From: a virus
Virus record (IMG/VR): IMGVR_UViG_3300011113_000491
Span: 1-64,000 of that record
Reading direction: 5' to 3' (one strand)
DNA: 64,000 nucleotides
This document shows positions 43,494 to 53,152 of the stretch, one piece after another. A program made the translations under genes and the position numbers. Position 1 is the first letter of the stretch, and each line of letters starts with the position of its first letter. The notes under the pieces were generated by a model that was not told the DNA's origin, did no database searches, and saw only the letters and a program-made list of their open reading frames with translations.

Positions 43494-44402
43494 TTAAATA
43501 TTTATGTCTATTTGAACACTTCTTCCAATCGTGTCACTCTTTGCTGCTCTCTTATACAATTCAAATAATGTTGATATTATTTCTTGTCTAGGAACTTTTA
43601 TAGAATATTTTTCATACTCCAAATCATTTTCATATTGTCTTACAGTTTTTACTAACGCAGGTATTGTTTGATTGTTGATATACCGATAAAGTAACGTATA
43701 CCGTATAGTGCTAGTATCTTCATAATCACCAGTGTCTTCTATGCTGGTAGAAGTTGAATCTGCGGTGACACTCGTTAATACACCAGATGCATTTACAATT
43801 CTATATGGACTAATAATTTCAGATCCTTGATAAAAGTATTTAACTACGTCAAGGTTTTGTGTTACTTTATTTTTTAATGTTATTAAATTAGAAACTTGCT
43901 CAAAACTGTCTCCAATATTTCTTACAAATATTACTGTGTCGTTAGAAGAAAATGTCCCTTGTCCACCAAAAACTACTATATTTCTTACAGTAGAATCCCA
44001 TTTAGTCACTGTAGCATATTTTGATTGATCTATAGTAGAACCGTTAGACGCAACCATAATATCACCGGGTCTCAGATCTGGTAAATCGTAAGTAAAAAAG
44101 GAAGAACCCTTGTACTTATTTTCAAGATATGTATTAAAGGTGGTATAATCCATAGGCCAATCCGTGTGAGGATTGACTATTTGATTCGACAAAAATAAAA
44201 ACCAAGAATAATTAGGATTGAAATAATACTTGTATGCTACTCTCTCAGGAGAGGACCCATCAGTTATAAGATAATTGTCAAATAGTCTTTCATCTAATAA
44301 AGTCTTTTGTGTTATGGAAACTCTTCTAAAGATATCACTTAATTGAATTGTTTTTCCGTTTTGGAATGTATAATTTATTTTAGGAAAAGTTCTAAAAAAC
44401 AC
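43494..44402 (-). CDS. gp53: Baseplate wedge component
   Basis: FFRTFPKINY, DIFRRV, DGSSPERVAYKYY, WFLFLSNQIVNPHTDWP; GTG start. Confidence 0.88.
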   Translation of the reverse strand: MFFRTFPKINYTFQNGKTIQLSDIFRRVSITQKTLLDERLFDNYLITDGSSPERVAYKYYFNPNYSWFLFLSNQIVNPHTDWPMDYTTFNTYLENKYKGSSFFTYDLPDLRPGDIMVASNGSTIDQSKYATVTKWDSTVRNIVVFGGQGTFSSNDTVIFVRNIGDSFEQVSNLITLKNKVTQNLDVVKYFYQGSEIISPYRIVNASGVLTSVTADSTSTSIEDTGDYEDTSTIRYTLLYRYINNQTIPALVKTVRQYENDLEYEKYSIKVPRQEIISTLFELYKRAAKSDTIGRSVQIDINI

Positions 44403-44403
44403 G

Positions 44404-45303
44404 TTATCCCCCTATTATACTACCGGCTGCTCTGGCTGCTCCAGCACCAATTCCACCTAAAGAGTAAAATGATGTAGATCTGCTAACTATTGTTGTGCTA
44501 AAGGCTGCAGATAAAACTGGTTCTAATTCTACAAAGGATAGACTTATTGATTGTGCAAGTGGCTTTAGTCTTCCACCATCTGAAACTGCAAACATATTTT
44601 TGAACCCTGCTTTATTTACCGTGCAGTTATTCAATAAAGAAAACTGAGGTTGTCCGCACCAATCGCTGTCAAAATTTGGATTGTTTCCTGGACCTATTCC
44701 AAAATACCATAAAGATGGATGTCTTACTATTTTACTAAAGACACCGGGGACTGCTGTTGGTAATTGAAAAGCTTGAAAGAATTCAGAAATCTGAGAAGCT
44801 ACTGCTGCATCTTGTTCTGTGATTGATGCTAGTAGTATCTTGAACTGATACATTCGTTTGTTCATTCCTTGAAATGTCGTATCACTCATGTCCATGTTGA
44901 CCAGATTACCAAGTCCAAATGGTCCATTATTAAACTTCATAGCAATACCTTCAATCATGTCCAATAGTCCATCTTCGTTTGCATCCATTCTTGCACCGAA
45001 TAAATTTCCAACCGAAGATGCCATGTTTGACAGTGTTTGTCTGGGATCTGCTTTTGTCTTTGTCTTAGGTGAGTTTATTGCAGTAGCATATGAAGCATTC
45101 GCATAAGTAGAAAACTCAGTAGGAGCTGGAATCATCACAGAACCAAGCATTGGTAATCCTGCGGGTGGTATACCAGACGAAGCAAGAGCGTTAGATCTAT
45201 ACAAACTGTTAGAGGAATACTCGTAGCAAAAGAATTTTAACCAAAGTGGAACCTTTTGTTGAAGTTCTGGAGTAGCGGGATAAATGTAATTAAATATAGG
45301 CAT
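44404..45303 (-). CDS. gp48: Baseplate tail tube cap
   Basis: TFQGMNKRMYQFKILL, IVRHPSLW, ISLSFVELEP; conserved position between gp53 and gp4. Confidence 0.7.
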   Translation of the reverse strand: MPIFNYIYPATPELQQKVPLWLKFFCYEYSSNSLYRSNALASSGIPPAGLPMLGSVMIPAPTEFSTYANASYATAINSPKTKTKADPRQTLSNMASSVGNLFGARMDANEDGLLDMIEGIAMKFNNGPFGLGNLVNMDMSDTTFQGMNKRMYQFKILLASITEQDAAVASQISEFFQAFQLPTAVPGVFSKIVRHPSLWYFGIGPGNNPNFDSDWCGQPQFSLLNNCTVNKAGFKNMFAVSDGGRLKPLAQSISLSFVELEPVLSAAFSTTIVSRSTSFYSLGGIGAGAARAAGSIIGG

Positions 45304-45329
45304 TACTTTGGTTTTTCCTTATAGATATT

Positions 45330-45764
45330 ATGATGCCATACAAAACAAAATACATTCCAGAGAATCCCACAAAATATATAGGTGACTCAAAATCTATTTT
45401 GTGTAGATCTCTTTGGGAAAGAAAATTTTGCAAGTATTTAGACAACAACAAAAATGTTGTAAGATGGGCATTCGAGGCGGTAAAAATACCTTACCTGTCA
45501 CCAGTAGATAACAAGATACACAATTACATACCAGACTTCATAGTAGAAACTAAGGATAAGGACGGTAACGTAAACACCACACTGGTAGAAATAAAACCAA
45601 AAAAACAAACAACCAGCCCCGAAAAAGGTAAAAAGAAAAAAAGAACACTGATAAACGAAAGCATCACCTTTGCAATAAATACTGCAAAATGGAATTCTGC
45701 AAAAGAATTTTGCAACAAACATAATATACAGTTCAAAATTCTAACCGAGGAGGAATTGTTTTGA
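45330..45764 (+). CDS. gp4: Head completion protein (TnsA-like nuclease fold)
   Basis: YIPENPTKYIGD, RSLWERKFC, IPYLSPVDNKIHNYIPDF, LVEIKPKKQT, NTAKW, FKILTE. Confidence 0.93.
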   Translation: MMPYKTKYIPENPTKYIGDSKSILCRSLWERKFCKYLDNNKNVVRWAFEAVKIPYLSPVDNKIHNYIPDFIVETKDKDGNVNTTLVEIKPKKQTTSPEKGKKKKRTLINESITFAINTAKWNSAKEFCNKHNIQFKILTEEELF

Positions 45765-46426
45765 GTTACGATAGAACCGGAAGATCCATATCAAAAATGA
45801 GAGAAGCAATGCTAGTAGCAGGTGGCATTCAGAGCCCTGCTAGATATGAAGCATTGTTCACCGCGCCTGGTTTGCCATCGTTTACTTGTTATCCTGAAAA
45901 TATAACTTTACCTCCTAGATCATTTCAAACAACCCCATTTACAAACTGGGGACCCGATTATAATATACCAACCAAAAGAGAGTATGGAGAATGTGCAATG
46001 TCCTTCATATTACTTCAAGATTGGTTCGAAAGAAGATATTTTGAGTCTTGGATGAACAAGGTAATACCAACGAGTGCTGCACAAGAACCACCACAAGCAG
46101 GTTTAGGATTTGTGCAGAGCACACTTAATACTTTGATTCCAGGCGCATCTACCGTTTATAGTGGTTTATCTGATAGAGTTGCTTTGACTGAAAATTATTC
46201 AGACTATACAACTGGTTACAATAACTTTGGTGGAATTATTCAAGTTAATTGTTTACGGACTGACGGTAACGGCAGAGGGGGAAACTCATCTTCAAGAATA
46301 ACCGCAAGTATACTTATGAAAGATGCATATCCCTTATCAATAACCCCAACAACTTTAAGTGCAGAAGCATCTGGTTACGGAACATGTGTAGTAGTATTTA
46401 CCTTTAGAGAATATGTTTTCTATTAA
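45761..46426 (+). CDS. Baseplate tail tube initiator (gp54/gp19-like)
   Basis: ARYEALF, ITLPPRSF, ERRYFESWMNKV, KDAYPLSI, VVFTFREY; TTG start. Confidence 0.7.
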   Translation: MSYDRTGRSISKMREAMLVAGGIQSPARYEALFTAPGLPSFTCYPENITLPPRSFQTTPFTNWGPDYNIPTKREYGECAMSFILLQDWFERRYFESWMNKVIPTSAAQEPPQAGLGFVQSTLNTLIPGASTVYSGLSDRVALTENYSDYTTGYNNFGGIIQVNCLRTDGNGRGGNSSSRITASILMKDAYPLSITPTTLSAEASGYGTCVVVFTFREYVFY

Positions 46427-46436
46427 TGGAGTTTAA

Positions 46437-47168
46437 ATGAATCTTTCTGAAATTATAAAATCAACATCACCAAAGTTTAGCGATATTGTTCCTTCTACAA
46501 ATAAAAAAATATGGTTTAGACCATTTTTAGTTAAAGAGGAAAAATTATTATTAATTGCACAGGAAATGGGATCAGAGCAAGAAATATTGAAATGTATATC
46601 ACAAGTAATACAGTCATGTTTTGATGATATAGGAGATGTTTCTAAAATTCCACTATTTGATCTTGAATATCTTTTTATAAAACTAAGATGTAAATCAGTT
46701 CAAGAACTAGCCAGTCCAATCTTAATTTGTCCAGTTACTGGTGAAGAAGTAACATTAAAACTTAATTTAGAAGAAATAGAAGTTATTAAAGATCCAAAAC
46801 ATTCTAAAACTTTAAAAATCTCTGATAATTTAATAATCGGTATGAAATACCCATCTATATCTTTATTCTTAAATTCCAATATAGATTCAATGGAACTTTC
46901 AGATTTTTATGATTTGGCTGTTAATTGTGTTGAGTATGTGGAAACTAGAGATGAAAAAATATTAGCAGATAGTGTGAGTAAAGAAGAAATTAAAGATTTT
47001 ATCGATAATATGACAAAGCAACAATTTGATATGATTATTAATTTTTTCAGCACCATGCCAAGAATAGAAAAAACAGTAAAATATATAACTTCTGATAAAG
47101 AAATAAGATCTATAACTTTAAGGGGAATTAAAGATTTTTTCGGGTTGGCCTCAGTCACACAAACTTAA
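46437..47168 (+). CDS. gp26: Baseplate hub assembly protein
   Basis: FRPFLVKEEKLLLIA, FDLEYLFIKLRCKSV, MKYPS, FFSTMPRI, LRGIKDFF. Confidence 0.9.
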   Translation: MNLSEIIKSTSPKFSDIVPSTNKKIWFRPFLVKEEKLLLIAQEMGSEQEILKCISQVIQSCFDDIGDVSKIPLFDLEYLFIKLRCKSVQELASPILICPVTGEEVTLKLNLEEIEVIKDPKHSKTLKISDNLIIGMKYPSISLFLNSNIDSMELSDFYDLAVNCVEYVETRDEKILADSVSKEEIKDFIDNMTKQQFDMIINFFSTMPRIEKTVKYITSDKEIRSITLRGIKDFFGLASVTQT

Positions 47169-47359
47169 ATAGTGTTTTTGATATAATTTTTAAGTTATCA
47201 TATCATTACAAATATAGTATAACTGAATTAGAATCATTAATACCTTGGGAAAGAGACATTTATGTTGAGTTACTGAGGCGATTAGTAGAAGAGGAAAATA
47301 ATAGATTAAAGAACGAACAAAATATGCACGCAGCACTAAGATCTAGGAGACATAGATGA
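47135..47359 (+). CDS. gp51: gp51-like hub assembly catalyst, in -1 frame of gp26, no ATG start before the conserved part
   Basis: Manual translation FFRVGLSHTNLNSVFDIIFKLSYHYKYSITELESLIPWERDIYVELLRRLVEEEN...; PWERDIY is a gp51 hallmark; not in ORF track. Confidence 0.8.
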   Translation, partial: FFRVGLSHTNLNSVFDIIFKLSYHYKYSITELESLIPWERDIYVELLRRLVEEENNRLKNEQNMHAALRSRRHR

Positions 47360-49137
47360 ATGAAGAAAAAAACATAGAAGAACTTAAAAATCAACTATTA
47401 AATATTTTTTCTAGTTCTGTACAAATTATACCAAAACCCCAAATAGAATCAAAATCTTTGGGCGTAGAAACTCCTCTTCCAGATTTCAATTCAAATCAAA
47501 GAACAGAAACATCAAAAGATGCTCCGATTAATATCAATGTTAATGTAAATGGATCCGAAAAGGAAACCAAAGAATATAAAAAGCAAGTAAAATTTGATCC
47601 ATCTAGTAGAACATATAACATAGAGCTAAAAAAAAATCATAAACCATTAGATTTAATACTAAACTCTAATACTGAATTGCTTAATAAAATAAGTCCAATA
47701 TCAGTAACTAGTATATTTAATTCCAATAGCAATTACTTTAAATCTAGTAATTCTTTAACAAAAACAAGTAATTTTAAAAAAAATAATAAAACAAAAGTCA
47801 AAAACACAGCTTATATGTCATTCTTAAAAAATGAACCATATAATTTTATGACTGGTATTGGTAATTACTTTGTAACAAATATAAACAAAGATGTAAAATA
47901 TAAAAATAAAAGATTAGAACCAAATATCAGCAATCTTAGTAAAAATGGTTTAACTAATAATTCTTCTACAATACAATTTAATACGACATCAAACACATTT
48001 AATCCTGTGTCAAATGTTAACAACACTTCAAACACATTTAACGCCGCGTCAAATGTTAACAACACTTCAAACACATTTAATCCTGTGTCAAATGTTAACA
48101 ACACTTCAAACACATTTAATCCTGTGTCAAATGTTAACAACACTTCAAACACATTTAACGCCGCGTCAAATGTTAACACAACCGATTTATCACCAATTAA
48201 TATAGAAAATATAGCAAATTCAAAAGATATAAGTCTAACTAATAACAATTTAAATCAAGTAAATAAAATAATTAGAAATGAAGATGGTTCTTTGAGTGTT
48301 ATAAAAACACAAAATGATCAAAAAATGTACAGCAAAACCGTTCAGTTAAATTCAAACACAAATGAATTAAATATCAAGACTGATAACTCATCTTTTAGTT
48401 CATCTAAACATAACGAAATTTATCAAAATAGTAATAATGTAAATAACATTACTAGGTCGTCTACAAACTATAATGATATTTCAAACAATAATGTTAATAA
48501 TATTGTAGAACACAATAAACAACAACTAGACTCTAGAAATGTTAAATTTTTAACAACAGAAAAGTACATTACAATAAATCCACAACTGGGTGAAACATTT
48601 AATACGGTAAATAAATTATCATTTCATGATATAAAATCTAGAACTATTAATAGAATGCAGGCAAGAACGATAGTATCTAATAAAGAAAATAAATTAATAG
48701 TTCCTGCTTTCGCGGGTGGTGGTATTGTCGATAGTCAAAAGATATATGTTGCCCGAGAAGCCGGAGCAGAAGCTATAATACCATCAAAATTTCCAAACGA
48801 AACAAAAAGCATAGTTTCACAGGTAAACCAAGCAGGAAATAATATAACAAAATTAGAACCAAAAATTTCAAATGAAGCTTCAAAAACAATAGAACAAAAT
48901 TTACAGATGAAAGAACAAATTCAATCTGAAAAATCAATACAAGATATGGAAAAAATACAAGATAATGAAAACATGAATTCTATAAGGAACCAAAATTATA
49001 TAACAGAAGATGTTTCAAAGGGAGAACTACCCACCAAACCGCAAGCCGATATAAACTTAGATCAAGGTGGATCTACTGTCGAAAAATTTAGAAGAATGAT
49101 TTCTATGGTTCCAGATTGGAGAATTAAGTATATTTAA
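47356..49137 (+). CDS. Asn-rich protein, possible tape measure/hub component
   Basis: 593 aa after gp26/gp51; VPAFAGGGIV...AREAGAEAIIP resembles motifs in tape-measure C-termini. Confidence 0.5.
   Translation: MNEEKNIEELKNQLLNIFSSSVQIIPKPQIESKSLGVETPLPDFNSNQRTETSKDAPININVNVNGSEKETKEYKKQVKFDPSSRTYNIELKKNHKPLDLILNSNTELLNKISPISVTSIFNSNSNYFKSSNSLTKTSNFKKNNKTKVKNTAYMSFLKNEPYNFMTGIGNYFVTNINKDVKYKNKRLEPNISNLSKNGLTNNSSTIQFNTTSNTFNPVSNVNNTSNTFNAASNVNNTSNTFNPVSNVNNTSNTFNPVSNVNNTSNTFNAASNVNTTDLSPINIENIANSKDISLTNNNLNQVNKIIRNEDGSLSVIKTQNDQKMYSKTVQLNSNTNELNIKTDNSSFSSSKHNEIYQNSNNVNNITRSSTNYNDISNNNVNNIVEHNKQQLDSRNVKFLTTEKYITINPQLGETFNTVNKLSFHDIKSRTINRMQARTIVSNKENKLIVPAFAGGGIVDSQKIYVAREAGAEAIIPSKFPNETKSIVSQVNQAGNNITKLEPKISNEASKTIEQNLQMKEQIQSEKSIQDMEKIQDNENMNSIRNQNYITEDVSKGELPTKPQADINLDQGGSTVEKFRRMISMVPDWRIKYI
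47986..48177 (+). repeat. Five 39-bp tandem repeats encoding TSNTFN(PV/AA)SNVNN
   Basis: Near-identical units in order PV, AA, PV, PV, AA. Confidence 0.95.
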
Positions 49138-49143
49138 AAAGAA

Positions 49144-49179
49144 ACACCCCCGTAATCCAGCTGCAGCTGGCGGGGGTGT
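49144..49179. terminator. Intrinsic terminator between convergent genes
   Basis: ACACCCCCG..CCAGC-TGCA-GCTGG-CGGGGGTGT hairpin; TTCTTTTT tail on minus strand after gp32. Confidence 0.75.
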
Positions 49180-49207
49180 CGGACGAGAGATTCTATCTCC
49201 CGTGGGG

Positions 49208-50119
49208 TTAGTCGTCGGCTAGCTTCTTGAAGTATTCAAGAGCGTCCGTGGAATCATCTACCTCATCTTCAACGGGAGCCTTCTTGGTCTTAGAAGTGCC
49301 ACCCCACTGCTTTTCGGCGAGTTCTTCCTCATCAACATCCTCCGCAGTACGCTGACCCATAGGCGCCTTACCACGGATGTCACCCTTTAGAACGCTCTCA
49401 AGCTTCGTCTTCAGTTCCTCATAGGTCTTGAAGTTAGAAGGAGCAATAAGTTCCTTCAGTGAGTGCTGAGAACGCCATACCTTCTCCAACTGTGCATCGT
49501 CACCACCGAGAAGTGGGGAGGATGAATCAAACTCAGACTTGTCATAGTTGACATAACCGCCAACATTACGAACCTTGAGTTTGAAGTTTGCTCCAGTCCA
49601 GAAGTTGAACGGATCAATTGGTTCTTCGTCATTGAATTCAGGCTGCATTGCCTCCTGAACCTTCTCAAAGATCTTTTGACCGTACTTGAACAGGAACACC
49701 TTTCCCTCGTTCTGAGGATTAGCAGGATCGCTAACCACCAGAATATTGGAGATGTAGTTTAGCTTTCGCTTACGCTGCCGTGCAAGATCCTTGTCGCTGT
49801 CTAGACCACTCTTCCAGAGTAGACTGTTCATTTCTGAAACCGGATCCTGCTTTCCAAGAGTGGTCAGTGAGTTTTCGATGTACCAACCACCTGGACCTTG
49901 GAATGCGTGGGAGTAGAGCTTGACCCACGGAACATCCTCACCATCAATAGTGGGGAGGAATCGGATAACAGCAAAACCGTTCTTTGCCTTATCCAGAGTA
50001 GGACGCCAGAAACGCTCGTCCTTGTAATCCTTCTTGCCGCCTTCTTCTTCTGCAAACTTCTTGACTAGAACATCGATGCTAGTCTTTGACTTCTTCTTAA
50101 AATCGCTAAATGAACTCAT
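49208..50119 (-). CDS. gp32: Single-stranded DNA-binding protein
   Basis: DERFWRP, NGFAVIRFLP, HAFQGPGGWYIENSLTTLG, RKRKLNYISNILVVSDP, NYDKSEF, acidic tail DALEYFKKLADD. Confidence 0.97.
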   Translation of the reverse strand: MSSFSDFKKKSKTSIDVLVKKFAEEEGGKKDYKDERFWRPTLDKAKNGFAVIRFLPTIDGEDVPWVKLYSHAFQGPGGWYIENSLTTLGKQDPVSEMNSLLWKSGLDSDKDLARQRKRKLNYISNILVVSDPANPQNEGKVFLFKYGQKIFEKVQEAMQPEFNDEEPIDPFNFWTGANFKLKVRNVGGYVNYDKSEFDSSSPLLGGDDAQLEKVWRSQHSLKELIAPSNFKTYEELKTKLESVLKGDIRGKAPMGQRTAEDVDEEELAEKQWGGTSKTKKAPVEDEVDDSTDALEYFKKLADD

Positions 50120-50189
50120 AAAATCTCCTTCCCGAAGATCTCCTTCGGACTAAACTAAACGGTGGGAACTCCCCACCACCAACAAGACA

Positions 50190-50218
50190 AGTATACCACA
50201 CTACCATTCGCCGTTCAA
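50190..50218 (-). promoter_or_regulatory. Sigma70-like promoter for gp32
   Basis: TTGAAC-17 nt-TATACT with extended -10 TG. Confidence 0.7.
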
Positions 50219-50442
50219 GCAAAAGGTAGTGAGTTCTTTTTTCTTGGCAAAAGATTTAACTTCTGACCCTCTTCCTGTAATTTTTCAATTATTGGTTGGG
50301 ACAAAAGTTTAGGGGACACAGTAATATCAATGGAGTTTTCCTCCAAAATATAAATTATTGCGTCCATGTAGGAACATTCTTTTTCTTTTACTCTATTTTC
50401 GACTTTCTTAGAAAAGTCTTCTTTGGTTAATTCAATAAACAT
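50215..50442 (-). CDS. gp33: Late transcription co-activator
   Basis: FSKKVE...SYMDAII...KLLSQPIIEKLQEEGQKLNLL...LPF; upstream of gp32. Confidence 0.8.
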   Translation of the reverse strand: MFIELTKEDFSKKVENRVKEKECSYMDAIIYILEENSIDITVSPKLLSQPIIEKLQEEGQKLNLLPRKKNSLPFA

Positions 50443-50497
50443 ATGTTATCCTTCTATTTATATTACCATTATACATAGCTTCTAGAAGGAATCAAGG

Positions 50498-51760
50498 ATG
50501 CCATACACATTCGATAATATTTTAATTACAACAGCAACGGGTGACGCATATCTAGCAACAGACTGGGGAACTAGTGGTACTGGATTTACACAATCACATG
50601 TCCCTATTTCAAAAATAGCATATGGTGATGATGCAACGACATCCCGAGTAACTACTGCAACCCCCCTACCAATTTATATGTACGGTTCGACTGGTTCTGT
50701 TACAGTCACTGGTACTGTTTCTGGCAGCGGCACCTTCTTGGTGGATAATATCAATTCTAGTTCATTCCTTAAAGTGGGTGGAACTACATTTGCCACCACA
50801 CTGATCGGAGTAACAGGAACCGTCCAGGGAATTTCTGGTGGAACTCCAATAGGAGTCACTGGAACCGTATCAATTTCCAATAATCAATTTGGTGTATATG
50901 GAATTTCTGGTGCAACAGCAATTGGTATTACTGGTGGTAGAAGGTCTAATTATCTAACAGACTCAGTATCTGTATATGGTAATGTTGGCATCAGTGGATC
51001 TTTAAATCTTGCGGCCGCAACCAATAGTATTTCTGTTTTTGGATCAGACGCAGGAGCTAAAGTACTCACAAGATTGTACTCGTCAGATGGAACCACTCTT
51101 GGAGTTTCGGGAGACGCACTTAAGGTTGCTATAACAAATTCGGGAGTTACCTTTAGTGTTACTATTGGAGCAGAGATAGGAATAACAAATTCTGGTCCAA
51201 GCGGAATCATGGTAAGAGGAACTGGGGTAACAAGTGATCATCCGGTTCTAGTTCAAGGAATTGCCGCTGATGGGTCAATAGAAGTTTCTGCAACATCAAA
51301 TCTCCCCGTTACTGTTCAAAATGCATCTTTAGTAATAGATGATGCAGATTTACTTAGCGCACTGGGAACAAGTGGAACTTTACATACTGATTTGGTTTCA
51401 ATTAGAACAAACACATCCTCAGTTAGTTCTATAAATGACAAACTGACAAATGGAACACTACAAGTAAAAATTGTAGAATCTAACAAACCAAGCACACTAA
51501 GAAGTGGAAAGAAGATTGCAACTGTTACTTCTTCACAATTAGTGTCAAATTCTACTAGATTAAATTCTGGAGTACATATCAAGGCATCAGTCGATAACAC
51601 TTCAATTTGTTATGTGGGTTCTACTGCGTTAAACTCTGATACCACTGGAGGATTCCCACTTTCGCCAGGAGAGTCTATCTTCATAGAAATAGGAACTCTT
51701 TCTAGTGTTTATGTTAGAAGTGTTTCGGGAAGTCAAACACTACATTACATAGCATCGTAA
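50498..51760 (+). CDS. Gly/Thr-rich putative virion protein
   Basis: 420 aa with many GxTG motifs; TATACATA at 50470-50477 upstream. Confidence 0.65.
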   Translation: MPYTFDNILITTATGDAYLATDWGTSGTGFTQSHVPISKIAYGDDATTSRVTTATPLPIYMYGSTGSVTVTGTVSGSGTFLVDNINSSSFLKVGGTTFATTLIGVTGTVQGISGGTPIGVTGTVSISNNQFGVYGISGATAIGITGGRRSNYLTDSVSVYGNVGISGSLNLAAATNSISVFGSDAGAKVLTRLYSSDGTTLGVSGDALKVAITNSGVTFSVTIGAEIGITNSGPSGIMVRGTGVTSDHPVLVQGIAADGSIEVSATSNLPVTVQNASLVIDDADLLSALGTSGTLHTDLVSIRTNTSSVSSINDKLTNGTLQVKIVESNKPSTLRSGKKIATVTSSQLVSNSTRLNSGVHIKASVDNTSICYVGSTALNSDTTGGFPLSPGESIFIEIGTLSSVYVRSVSGSQTLHYIAS

Positions 51761-51761
51761 A

Positions 51762-52823
51762 ATGAATCCAAATAATGTCAAATCTACAAAGGTTCAAACA
51801 AAAAAGAACTTTGAAAAAAAGTCCACAAGTTCGTTTGTAACATGTAGATCTGGCATATTTTATGGACTTATTTACGAAGACATAGTATCTAATGAATTAA
51901 ATACATCCTCTGGGTTGGTTGCCACACCGAATTTTATTTTTATGGACAATCAAACTAAAGTTTTCATAGATTTTTCTGACTATAAAAATTCAGAAGAAAC
52001 TCCACAGGAATTCAAAAAATTTTGGGATTTGGCTGAAAAGGGTTCTACATTTTCGGTATCTAGTGCAGAACTATATGACAGCAATACAAATAAAAAATAT
52101 GATGTTTCTGGAACCTATGAAATTTTAGAAATAAGAAAAGAAATGATATATGCGTCGGTAATTTCAGTTGCTAAAATTGACACAAATTTAGACACATATT
52201 CAAAACAAAATTTTAAATATACTCCAGTATTTCAAATCAACACAAATTTATCAATAACATCAGAACCAAATACAACGATGATAGTAAATAAGTTTGGAAT
52301 CGATAGCAAAAACTCATTTTCTTTTTTGGGAATTGTTATTGGAGATAAAATAAAAATCCAAAACAACGATACTGCATATGATGTTTTGGATTATAAAATA
52401 GATTCTATCGGTAGAGAAATTTTAAAAATAAAAGGTGAGATTGCAGACGAAGACCGCAATCTCACCAAAACACTAGTTCAAGTTCTAGTGCGTGTTAATC
52501 CTAATGTAGAATATCCTGAAATAATTTTAGAGGATGAAGTTATTGGTTCTTGCAAATACACCGACGGCGATGGAACAATAAAATGTTACGATAAACAAAC
52601 CGCATCTCAATGTAATTGTAGAAAACAAAAAGTAAATTCCTTTATAGAGTTTTCGGCAAATACAAATTGTGAAGGTGAATTTTTGTATAACAAAAAAACA
52701 AATACTATAATTTCTACAACAGAATCCACTCAATCATCAGAAGTTGTCTTGAGTAGATTGGTAAAGGACATAAGTAAAAAAATAAGCACTTTACCAAACA
52801 TGACTACTGGTAAGATTTTTTAA
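51762..52823 (+). CDS. Hypothetical protein
   Basis: 353-aa ORF directly after the previous gene; one C-terminal GSC...C...C Cys unit. Confidence 0.7.
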   Translation: MNPNNVKSTKVQTKKNFEKKSTSSFVTCRSGIFYGLIYEDIVSNELNTSSGLVATPNFIFMDNQTKVFIDFSDYKNSEETPQEFKKFWDLAEKGSTFSVSSAELYDSNTNKKYDVSGTYEILEIRKEMIYASVISVAKIDTNLDTYSKQNFKYTPVFQINTNLSITSEPNTTMIVNKFGIDSKNSFSFLGIVIGDKIKIQNNDTAYDVLDYKIDSIGREILKIKGEIADEDRNLTKTLVQVLVRVNPNVEYPEIILEDEVIGSCKYTDGDGTIKCYDKQTASQCNCRKQKVNSFIEFSANTNCEGEFLYNKKTNTIISTTESTQSSEVVLSRLVKDISKKISTLPNMTTGKIF

Positions 52824-53152
52824 ACCCTACGAACTGACTTTACCTTATTGCTCTTTGGCATATCAACAGAAATCTTGTTTATCTTGTGGTTCACATTTTC
52901 AAGTTGATCTTGCATTTCGTAGTAACGATTAAAAAGAGTATCGTTCTCCCTCTTATAAACAGTTATCTGATCCATAATTTCATTCTTCATCACATATTGT
53001 TCATATGGTAGAAGAATGAAAGACCATACATTAGCAAGACAAGAGAACATAAGGCAAACAGCAACAGCAACGCGGTCGCCACCAAGAAATGCTCCAGCAC
53101 CAATACCAATTGCAAGACACGACAGAAGATTCAAAATCCTAATTTTACTCAT
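52820..53152 (-). CDS. Small membrane protein with coiled coil
   Basis: Start MSKIRIL after AAGGA SD; two hydrophobic segments then a charged helix. Confidence 0.65.
   Translation of the reverse strand: MSKIRILNLLSCLAIGIGAGAFLGGDRVAVAVCLMFSCLANVWSFILLPYEQYVMKNEIMDQITVYKRENDTLFNRYYEMQDQLENVNHKINKISVDMPKSNKVKSVRRV

Noticed and set aside
47986-48177. CRISPR array, or antisense ORF 47865-48248
   Set aside because: Repeats are contiguous, in-frame 39-mers without unique spacers; the antisense ORF is a shadow
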